From Octopus sinensis (Eukaryota): a DNA stretch of 64,000 bases. The notes under the pieces were generated by a model that did not search any database, was not told the DNA's origin, and was given only the letters and a program-made list of their open reading frames with translations. Where the stretch lies: NCBI RefSeq assembly GCF_006345805.1, contig NC_043005.1, forward strand, positions 70,308,001 through 70,372,000, in the 5' to 3' direction. Each line of letters opens with the position of its first letter. Position 1 is the first letter of the stretch. Made by a program: the position numbers and the translations under genes. Below are positions 53,680 through 64,000 of this stretch, piece after piece.

Positions 53680-55900
53680 CATTTCAAAATATTTCTGTAA
53701 ATGTATAGTAGTTTTGGTAGTAGATTATTAGTTGTGACCAAGTGTTTAAAATAGAATTCATATTAATCAAAATATTCATTTCTTCTGTAAGACAAAGATC
53801 ACAGCAATAAAATCTATATTTATAAGTTATGATCAACGTTATTTTCCGAATGATATACTTCTGATTTCTCAAAAATAAAACATTTCTTAGAAATCAAATG
53901 TACATTTACAGACTTGTGTCTAATGACATTTTAGGCTATTTGAAAGAATTTTGATGTTGATTAATCTTAACTTAAAAGCATTATCACCTGTAAAACTTTT
54001 TCGAAAAAAGTCCTTTAATGGGCATTTGATGGGCAATTTAGGTAGTTAAGAGAATTGTACATACGGGAGGTTCTGTATATAGATACCTTTGTAAGATATT
54101 TATTATAAATATTTGTTATTTATATCAAAAAGTTATGTGTACACTTTAAATTTAATTTAACTTATTTTATATTAAAATTCACATAATATTTATAATTGCT
54201 CATAAAATATTTATCTAATATGTTAAGGAAATGTTTAATGATACTTTTAGTCACATTAAGATTGAGTGGAGCATTACAACAAATAATTACACGTTTTCTA
54301 GTTTTCTGTGTCTGAGAAATAATAGTGTTATTTATGTAATTAATGTTATCATTAAAAGCACTAAGTTCCAACGCATCTCTGAAACACGAGAGTATTTTGT
54401 TGAAGGAAGATATACCAAATGATATACTACATAACCTTATACAGATATCGTTCAGAAAATTCTTAATGACAGCAAGCAGGTGATTTAAAGATATTCTTCT
54501 GATCTCAAACTTTTCTTTTCGCTTCATAAATAGCATTCAGGATTTTGCGTTGCAATCTGAGGAGATATTTCAGCATTTAACGATAGGTTATTGTGTATCA
54601 ATTATTGTTTTTACGGCTAAATATTTAGATAAGCAAAACGGACTTTTGGGGATTCATTGAACTCTTTGGCATTCATTTCCGTATGATAGTCCAAACCTAG
54701 TCACAGTACTAAACCACCTCAAATGAAACTTCGTAAAGTATGCAAATACATGAATTTCCAATTTCCATAACATTTCGGCAACCTATAGCTGAATAAAAAC
54801 ATTATCATTCTCCACGTAAAGCAATTGTTAGTGAACATGGCTATTCTTACACCAAAACAATTCAAATATAATTGCTGACGAAATATAATGATTTTTGTAA
54901 CAATTTCACTTACCGAGGGATCACGCCGGCAAAATTTATATAGGGGGAGAGTTCACGAAAAAAACAAAAGACGAAGACAGGTGGTGTACAAAACAAACGG
55001 ATGTATTAGTTTAACGCTCAGGAATTGAAAAAGTATTTTACGTTTTGGGCATATGCTCTTCTACACAAAGGGATACAGAAAAAAACAAGGAGAGAAACAA
55101 GGAGAGAGAGAAAGGAGAGAAAAAAGGAGAGAAGAAAAAGATAGAAACAAGGAGAGAAAAGATGTGTGTAGTGGCTACCTATCTACATACATGTTATATC
55201 AATACATATTATATAGATACATATATTAAACAAAATAGCTATGGTGCTATTTCTATAATTAAATTAGTTGCTTTTTAGTCTAAAGAATAGTAGTTTATAA
55301 AAGATTTTGCTTGCTACACCCAACTTGGTTTTGACAAAATTTATTAACCCATAATTTAGCTTAATAGCAAAGATGTTTCTGATCCTTAAATGTTGTGTAA
55401 AGTTCAAGACATCCAACTTTATCATCCCTTTCGAAATTATCTGCCCCTTTCTTTGCTTCTGAATTAGTGGAATTGTGTCACATTTAAAATAAATTATATT
55501 TATAGAGAGATAAGAAAGTCTATTTCAAATGCTGTTAATTTTCCTTAACTTTTTTTCTTGCTTCTTTAGAGTGAACAAAACTGTTGTGAACTTTGAATTA
55601 TTTTCAACTATTTCTTCAATATCTGCTGAAATTCGTTTGTTGTTCTTTAAACATTTAATCTGCGAATTAAATCAAAAGCGTATATGTTGAATAGAGCCTA
55701 ACATATTATAAAATAATATTTCTGAATCTTAAAAAAAAAGTTGTCTTAGATTACAATTATATTTATAGAAGAAGTGTATTTCCAGTACATTCTCGTTATT
55801 AATTAGCAGCGTCTTTTGTGCAACGGTTTCTAACCGATTCTTTAAATAGATATCGATAGTAATTGTCGAGAAATCCAGCGGATGTTTTATCATTATTCAA
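53680..55900 (-). mobile_element. Ancient Penelope-like element (RT, linker and GIY-YIG C-terminus), heavily degraded and interrupted
   Basis: Ordered remnants: YTTFKDQK..GLINFVKTKLGVASKIF (about 55300-55400), PSVSEI (about 54910), RKRVIICCNAPLNLNVTKSIIKHFLNILDKYF (about 54200-54310), a CPLKG-like segment (about 54010) and CDLCLTEE..LNTWSQLI (about 53730-53800). The left limit of homology is firmer than the right. Confidence 0.7.
54920..55075 (-). mobile_element. Terminal-repeat fragment of another, probably Penelope-like, element inserted in the old PLE
   Basis: Contains a degenerate hammerhead-type arrangement TGTGTAGA-A-GAGC-ATAT-GCCC-AAAA-CGT on the minus strand, followed by a CT-rich tail. 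Confidence 0.45.
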
Positions 55901-56811
55901 CTGTTCACTACGTGTACCAAAGTGATTTTACATATGAGATATATACTATCAACGAAATCATAAATATTATAATAATTTTTTGCATGAATAATGTTAATAA
56001 AATTTTCAATTGTAAAAGTAATATTATTAACGAAATATAATAAAAATATCAATAGAAAACAATTTAAAAATGTACCCTGTAGCCGTTTTTCTGGTATGTG
56101 TGATTGTCCTTAGCAACGAAATTTGTCAATTAACTGTGCATCATATAATTTGCTTTGCAAAATCGATGTTTATTGCCAAAATGTATTTACAGATGATTAT
56201 CCTGTTCCTAAGAAATATATCGTTTTTGATTGCGATACCTTTGAAGTTGTTATTTAATCAATATCTAATAAACAAGCTACATCAGGCAATTAAACAAAAA
56301 ATGGTACTGATTCCTATACTCGCTGGAAGCTTATCGAAAACACCTGGCCGTATATGGATGCGATCAGAGATGCAAGCTCTGCATTTCAAAACAGAAGATA
56401 ATCTCGCAGAATTTGCGGAAACAAATGCGGAGATACAAGATAGATTTATTCACCGTTAGCGTACACCAATTTACATTCATTGTTCCACACTAGGTATGAC
56501 CTTCAGAGTTCGATTCTTCCCAAGTATGTCCATTGCCATTTGAATATCTTTACATTTCTTTTTATCAATAATCTATCACTTAATGAGTTCCTACAAGTCT
56601 CTGAAAGAAGGAAAACTATGAATATGCACTTTTGAACGAAGCGACTTTTGTTATATTGATTAGAAGAAAACGACTCAAATAGCTTCGTATTATACATATT
56701 TAAGCAATGATTATCAATATAAAAAGATACTCCAGAGGAATTTACAGGAAATTTAATCATCGTGAATTTCATTAATTGCATAATGTAAACATTGGGAGAT
56801 ACGATAACAAG

Positions 56812-56984
56812 ACAGTGGCTGTGTGGTAAGAAGGTTGCTTCCCAACCATATGGTTCCAGGTTCAGTCCCAATGCGGTTCAACTTGAGCAAGTGTCTTGTA
56901 ATATAGGCTCGGGCCGACCAAAAGCCTTATCAATGGATTTGGTAGATGGACACTGCTGAAAGAAGCCTGTCGTGTATGTATGTA

Positions 56985-57027
<43 letters not shown>

Positions 57028-57255
57028 GTATATGTGTGTGTCACTATGTCCTTATTTGTCCCCCACCACTACTTGACAAGCAGTGCTGATGTGTTTACGT
57101 CTTCGTAATTAAGCGTATCAGTGAAGATACGGATGGAGTAAGTACCAGGCTTTAAAAAAGTACGTCTTAGGGTCAATTTTCTCGACTAAAACCATTCGAG
57201 GCGGTGCCCCAACATGACTGCAGTCAAATGACTGAAACGCATAGAAAATAAAAGA
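56812..57255 (+). mobile_element. SINE family 1, full length, diverged
   Basis: Colinear with 7853-8252. Confidence 0.8.
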
Positions 57256-58138
57256 TATATGATAAAGTTAATAATTAAACAAAAAGACAATGTATTAGAC
57301 TGGAATACAAGTTACGTCAATATATATAACAGATGAGAGAAAGAGAAAGAAAATGGAAGAAACGGGTTGAAACGATCGTTGTGTTCCATAAAGAATCTCG
57401 CGAAGTCCATTTTCTTTCTCATTCATATGCTATATATGCATCATGTAATGAATGACAATAGAACGAAGCTACGTTATCACTTCAATTAGCTTACAGCTGT
57501 TTCAACTATAAGAAGAATTGTAGTCAGAACTGAGAATACATACATGCATATATATACACACATACATAAATACATACATACATACATACATACATACATA
57601 CATACACGTATATTGGATCTAAATGTAGAGCAGTGCTTATTATTCGGTGTATTCTTTATTTCATCATCGTTTTATGGAACCGCTAAGTTACGGGACCCCA
57701 AACAAATTACAAACTTGAACTAGGTCTTCAGCTAACTTGTTAGAGATAAACATTGAACGCTCATGACTTAACGGTTTGGGTATTCGGCTGGCAATCGTAA
57801 GGTCATAAGTTCAATTCATGGCTGCAGGTTGTTTCCTTGCACACGATACTTTATTTCATGGTACTCAAATACCCGCAGCTAAAGATCGGTAGTACTTGTA
57901 TTTTAAGTGACCAGCCTTGTCACGTTCTACATTACGCTGAATCACCCTTTAGAATTGCTGTAAGGTTACACGTGTTTATGATATGCTAAGTCACTTGCAC
58001 GTTAATTTTACGATCAGGCTGTTTCGTTGATCGTATCAAATGGAACAGTCGTCTTTGTAACTGTCAGAGTGTGAGAATAGATAGACCGAACACAAAGAAG
58101 CAAAAACGCACACAAACACGCACATATACTCCCTGTTT

Positions 58139-58545
58139 ACTCTTTTACTCGTTTCAGTCTTTTGACTGTGTCCATGCTGGAGCACCGCTTTTAGTCGAGC
58201 AAATCGACCCCAGGACTTATTCTTTGTAGGCCTAGTATCTATTCTATCGGTCTTTTTTGCCGAACCGCTAAGGTACGGGGGACGTAAACACACCAGCATC
58301 GGTTGCCAAGCAATGTTGGGGGGACAAACACAGACACACAAACACATAGATATATATATATATATACATACATATACATATATACAACAGGCTTCTTTCA
58401 GTTTCCGTCTACCAAATCCACTCACAAGGTTTTGGTCGACCCGAGGCTATAGTAAAGAACACTTGGCCAAGGTGCGACGCAGTGGGACTGAACCCGGAAC
58501 CATGTGGTTGGTAAGCAAACTACTTATCACACAGCCACTCCTGTC
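58139..58545 (-). mobile_element. SINE family 1, full length
   Basis: Reverse complement is colinear with 7853-8252. Confidence 0.85.
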
Positions 58546-59109
58546 ATATATTTATGACAATTCTCTAAGGCATAAGTCGACTTGGAAATACGGAAAAAGA
58601 ACATTTGCATTGGGTGCCACGCATTGAGACTGAACGCGAAGCCACATGAATGCAAAGCAAATTTCTCAACCATATAGCAATGCCTCGTCTCTATTGATTC
58701 AACCGTATCAAGCGGATGAAAATGTAAGCAATTCTCCGATTGTATCTATTCACTTTGCTGAAAAGAATATGAAATATAAAATAGTTACAATACAACATTA
58801 ACACCAGAAGATCAATAGAAAAGTGTACGACCATAGAACGCTGACTATTTTCCTTTATCTCGCTATTGATCATTAACAGCAGCTACCTGATGGACTTACA
58901 CATTCAAACTAATTACTAAAGACTGCAAACCACTAATCTTCCTTAATAACTGCCATTCACTGAAAACCTATAAAAGACAAAACCATAAGACAAATATCGG
59001 AAACATTTATCTTAATGCTTTTCTTTTTGCTTTTGTTATCGCTTTATATATATATATATATGCGTGTGTGTGTGCATGCGTCCGTAATGTGTGAGTATGC
59101 ATACATATA

Positions 59110-59126
59110 TATACTTACGTATGCTA

Positions 59127-59194
<68 letters not shown>

Positions 59195-59201
59195 AACATA
59201 T

Positions 59202-59261
<60 letters not shown>

Positions 59262-59292
59262 CAGTTATTCATATATATAGAGATTTGCATGA

Positions 59293-59342
<50 letters not shown>

Positions 59343-59344
59343 TA

Positions 59345-59375
<31 letters not shown>

Positions 59376-59400
59376 AATACTTATACATACATATATACAA
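59110..59400. repeat. Degenerate (TA)n microsatellite
   Basis: Read directly from the sequence. Confidence 0.95.
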
Positions 59401-60240
59401 TTCTGTGCGTCTTTCTAATGTGTATGTGTGTGTGTGTCTCTATCTGTGCGTGTTTGTGTCTGCGTGTACGCATGTATGTGTTGTGTGCGAGTATGTTTTC
59501 TTTGTTTTATTGGCTTTTTTTCACTTTGTTTTTCCTTCTTTTTTGTCTTGTATTCTTAATGTTCTTTTTCCTTTTCCTCTCTTCTCAAATATTTTAAATT
59601 TTTTTACTCATTTTGTTGATGAAATTTTATTTGTATGAAATTGCAAAACTTTTATTTACAAAATTATATTATTTAAGAATTGCTCTAAAAAATAAATTTT
59701 TGCAACAGATGGTAATTCTGTTTTGAGAATATTTATAGTAGAAGGATGAGGTTGTTTTTTGTTTCTTTTTGTTTTCTACTCTACAACCATTTTCTAAATT
59801 TTAATACTTTGAATATTTGTTTGAAATTTATAGATAAGTACCATCTAATCTATCATGTAGGAGACATGGCACCGATGTTCTTACCGAGATGCATTCTCGT
59901 AAGCAGTCACATATGCTATGCAATCAGCGAACACATCAATTAGATTACCCTGCACACATAATATTAGATTTTTGGAATCAGACGCAGTGTATGCAGAGTT
60001 GCAATAAAAAAAAATCAAGTTTACAGCATTGCATCTTAAACATTAAACTATGATATCAATATAGAATTCTATACTATACATGCGGAAATTTTATTAAAGT
60101 TTTGAGTTTTATACATGATTGATATCTTTGTTGCAATTTCGGCAGCATCTGGTTTTGGAGTCTGATGCGCATGGAAAAATGTCATCAATGTGGTTTAAGA
60201 GTACTTTATTTTATTGCATCATTGTAATTCTGAACCTCAC

Positions 60241-60390
60241 CTAAGTGAGATCGAAACTCGGAGGAACATTTGAATTCTTCCTCGTTTGGTTCACTGCTAT
60301 ATGTATTCTTTTCCTCCCTCGGACACTGGTCATGCCCTAGGAACTGCATTCTAAGGTGCTGGTTGCCACAGCTACTAAATGCAAGTCGAA
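60241..60390 (-). CDS. Candidate internal coding exon (150 nt, phase 1-1), host gene unknown
   Basis: Acceptor ...CTGATATTTCGTTATATTGCTTTATATTGTCAG and donor TAG|GTGAGG. Only one frame is open: RLAFSSCGNQHLRMQFLGHDQCPREEKNTYSSEPNEEEFKCSSEFRSHL. Confidence 0.35.
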
Positions 60391-60556
60391 CTGACAATAT
60401 AAAGCAATATAACGAAATATCAGTTGATCTGTGTCCTATATTGAACTGATTCTACTATCTCCTCGCTTTATGAAATAGATCTAAACCGGTTGAGGATATG
60501 ATGTTCCCAATAATTCGGTACATAATACATTCTTGTATTTTGTACAAATGTTTACA

Positions 60557-60834
60557 AGATATTGTTATATTTCGGTATGGTCATATTGCCAGTTTAGCCA
60601 ATAAAAACACACGCACTATATATTTGGTGTTATTTTGCTTCAGTGATATTTATTTTTTACATTAATCTTAATCTTATTTCGGCCAGAGTTCTTTCGTCAT
60701 ACTCTGGCCGAAATAAGATTAAGATTAATGTAAAAAATAAATATCACTGAAGCAAAATAACACCAAATATATAGTGCGTGTGTTTTTTTTTGGCTAAACT
60801 GGCAATATGACCATTCCGAAATATAACAATATCT
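60557..60834. repeat. Near-perfect 133-bp-arm DNA hairpin (fold-back element)
   Basis: Arms 60557-60689 and 60701-60834 differ at about three positions. The 11-nt loop is TCTTTCGTCAT. Same family as 63381-63654. Confidence 0.95.
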
Positions 60835-61090
60835 GTTTCAACATACGACTTCACATAAAAAAAATCTTGCACAACAAATATTTAAACGTTTACATAATAT
60901 TTATATACATTGAAACCAAGATAAATCTCTTAATTCTGTTAAAGCGACAAATGGTAGAATCTTCAGCGCATCTGAAAAGTTACTTAGCAACATTTCTTTT
61001 GCTTGTTGTAAGATAGCGACTAAATGTTGCTTGAATTTATATATATTACGAACAGAAGCTTGCTACTGCTATCTGTAGCAGACGAGGTGT

Positions 61091-61140
61091 CCAGCACCGA
61101 GGAAGGGCAGAAATAGCTCGAAGCCAGTCTGGTCTGCTGG
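61091..61140 (+). ncRNA. Type I hammerhead-ribozyme-like motif (degenerate core)
   Basis: Stem I CCAGCA/TGCTGG, core CCGAGGA, extra A, stem II GGGC/GCTC, then GAAG, stem III CCAG-T-CTGG and cleavage-site-like GTC. Two core positions deviate (U4C, A15.1G). Confidence 0.6.
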
Positions 61141-61308
61141 TCCTATCGCTAAAAGGAGGTAGGGGTTAGCTCTGCTACACGTAGTATATTGGTTGTAGGT
61201 TGCATAGTTAACCAGTTATAGAAAATGTTCTCTTGGAGTTAAAATATTGCTGTAACCTCCGTTCGAACAGAACAACCATGTCAAAAGTGGTGACAAACAT
61301 TACTGATA

Positions 61309-61376
<68 letters not shown>

Positions 61377-61476
61377 AGGCAGAAGGAGTTTTCGACAGGG
61401 TAACACAAAGAAATGGGTATGCGCTCAAATAGGTATGCCACTAAAATTCCGGTGTGAATGTCCGTTGAATTTGTGG

Positions 61477-61726
61477 GTAATGAGATTAAAAAAACCTAGG
61501 CTGTGTAGATATTAGAACATTATAGATAGGTCTTACAGCTGATTCTAGGATATCTATTAATTATATAATTATATCCCTTCATCGGAGACGGTGTTATTAC
61601 TTAACCATCGTCTCACACCGTCTCCGATGAAGGGATATAATTAATAAATAGCCTAGAAACAGCTGTAAGACCTTCTATCTATAAATGTTCTAATATCTAC
61701 ACACCTTTGGTTTTTTATCTCATTAC
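61477..61726. repeat. Fold-back element made of two inverted hammerhead-bearing repeats
   Basis: Arms 61477-61593 and 61616-61726, with a 22-nt loop. Confidence 0.9.
61620..61671 (+). ncRNA. Type I hammerhead-like motif with palindromic stem III (mirror copy on the minus strand at 61530-61589)
   Basis: Stem I GTCT/AGAC, core CCGATGA, AT-rich stem II, GAAA, self-complementary ACAGCTGT and GTA cleavage triplet. Confidence 0.6.
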
Positions 61727-61875
61727 GCAAAAAATTCTTATATACACATGCTGACATATGACCAATGTTTAACCCCTTATTCGCAAAATCACCGAACCTG
61801 GAACTTAACTATGGTCTATCTATAGCACTTATTCAGCATTACCTGACACCTTTGGGTCTCAATTACCTCTTATAA

Positions 61876-61918
<43 letters not shown>

Positions 61919-63380
61919 CAGGTTTGGCCAAGAGGTCATCTGACAGTAAATAAAATTTCCATAAATACTTAATATTCAATCTCATTTATTCATTCCAAGT
62001 ATGAATGTTTAATAATTGAATGAATGCGGTGAGTTAAAATCACATACTATATATATATACATATATGTGTGTGTGTGTGTGCAGACACACAACTATTGGT
62101 TGGGACTCAGTTTGCTCGAAACAATCTAATTGCTGATATTCTCGTCAATGTTTCAATGAATGTGATTCAGAAACAAGGCGGAACAAAATCGATTCTATTT
62201 TAGCTGCCTTAAATGACGCACGTTTTGGTGAATGGGGAATATGTATTTGTCTCCATCAGTTTAAAGATGCGCTGTCATGTGTGCAAAATTTTAACGTTAA
62301 TTCAAAGACATTCGCTCAGTTTTAATTTAAATATGTTTGCCTGGCTTCTCTCTATGTAAGGCTCATTTTACACGGCAAAATACCCAAACTATTTTATTTT
62401 TGTTTTTACGGCTGAGTGAAATAACAGTTTTCTTACAATACAAATATATTATCTGAGTTTGTAGAACAAATATTTATGAACGTTCACATTGACACATTGA
62501 TGATATAGTAAATTAAGATACGACTTATTCCATCCATGAATTATGTCTTCTTTCAAACCTGTACTACCAAGCTATATATAGTTATTGGTGCATCATTACA
62601 GCCAGCAGGTGAAAAGATATATTTTTCTGTTACGTAGAACATAAGATGAAAACACACACAACACTCATTATATTGCAATCACTAACAACAGTCATTTCAT
62701 TTCCAGCACATGAGAGAAAAGACAGATGGGGGCAGATGTTGAAGCTTAGTTAGAATGAATTTATATTCTAAATCTTCTGCATAAAAGATTTTCTGCATCA
62801 CAAGAAAGAAGTGGTAGATGCAATTGACTTTATGGCTAACAAAGCATGAGTGAATAGGAGTTAGATACATAATGCATGAACAGAAATCATTAACATAAAT
62901 GTAAAGAGAGTGGAAGACAAGAAACAAATGAGAACACGTGCAGAGTATTTCTTCAAAAACAACACGAAATGTTACCCTCAGAAATTGAGCCATCTAGTCA
63001 AGAACACAACGTAAAGATTTCGATTTCCCCCAAGCCTGTATGAGATTCATACCGAAAGTGGAACTGTACATCATTAAAGAGAAATTTCTGATAAAAGCGA
63101 ATCAATGATAAACAGAATGGATTTGACATCAGAAATTTAACACAGTGAGGCGAAGAGAGTCTTGCAAAACTTAAAAGCCTTGTTCTCTTGTTCACTTGCT
63201 GAAAATACTTCTGACCATTAGTGAGCAGCATTTTTTATGAGTCGACATCAGAGGAATTATAAGCGTGAACTGTTTGAAATAGATAGCCTTGTTTGGAGTT
63301 TTAAGAAGAAAATCTTATTTTGTTTTTACGTTTATATAGTTGTCTTGCAAGTTTTTGATGTAAAATCGTGTGTTGAAACG

Positions 63381-63654
63381 GATATTGTTGTATTTAGGAA
63401 TGATCATTTTGCCAGTTTAGCCAATAAAAACACAAACACGACGGTTAGTAAGGAGAAACACACAAATAAGAAAGGAAAAAGCAAAGGGCCATTGATGCGG
63501 TCACAGGAGTGTGACGAAAGAACTCTGGCCGAAATAAAATTAAGATTAATGTAAAAAATAAAAAAAACGCTGGAGCAAAGTAACACCAAATATATAGTGC
63601 GTGTGTTTTTATTGGCTAAACTGGCAAAATGGCCATTCCTAAATACAAAAATAC
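63381..63654. repeat. Asymmetric fold-back element, same family as 60557-60834
   Basis: The short left arm (about 54 bp) is inverted against the end of a long right arm that starts TGACGAAAGAACTCTGGCCGAAA. Confidence 0.85.
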
Positions 63655-63919
63655 TTATTTTGTTTATCTTGTCGCATATTTAAAAATGGTGGAGTTATGT
63701 CTGCTGTTATAAAAGAGAATGAATAATCCACCACATAAATATGGAGAAAGTTGTGCTTGTATTTCTGAACATAAATGTAATAACCATAAACTGATTCTTG
63801 TATCATGGAGAAAGCTCGAATGGACAGTTGTATTGAACATTTACTGCATAAACAAATTGTAGCAAAGCAGGCAAACTGGATTAATATTTTACATCGTTTA
63901 ATTGACATTTTATTTTCAG

Positions 63920-63976
63920 GTGAAAGTGGGTTAGAATTCCGTACTACCTCTCATATGATTAGCGGTGTTCACAATG
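63920..63976 (+). CDS. Candidate coding exon (57 nt phase 1-1, or longer and running off the window)
   Basis: Strong acceptor ATTGACATTTTATTTTCAG. Only one frame is open, GESGLEFRTTSHMISGVHN(GNFLGLAE). Possible donor G|GTAACT. Confidence 0.35.
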
Positions 63977-64000
63977 GTAACTTCCTGGGGCTGGCTGAAC

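Overview
This is AT-rich, microsatellite-dense animal genomic DNA. The repeat complement (several tRNA-headed SINE families, Dong/R4-like LINEs, Penelope-like elements, mariner/maT, long TA/GATA/CATA/TAA arrays) points to an octopod cephalopod, by inference. No complete host gene is recognisable; only three short candidate exons were found, and nearly all ORFs in the track are microsatellite or transposon artefacts. The dominant structure is a hotspot at about 13.8-31.9 kb, plus 38.4-40.1 kb, with eight R4/Dong-clade RLE non-LTR retrotransposon insertions from several families (two near full length). Most sit in (TAA)n tracts with strand polarity matching the tract. Three copies of an unexplained, non-coding ~550-bp element share the same (TAA)n context. 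Other observations are a 404-bp tract of perfect identity, including the same stop codon, between two otherwise diverged inverted Dong copies; several fold-back elements, with type I hammerhead-ribozyme-like motifs of the Penelope kind at 61.1-61.7 kb; an internally deleted RTE LINE; a near-complete DD37D (maT) transposon; and 5'-truncated SINEs with 15-16 bp target-site duplications. All alignments and RNA folds were done by eye.
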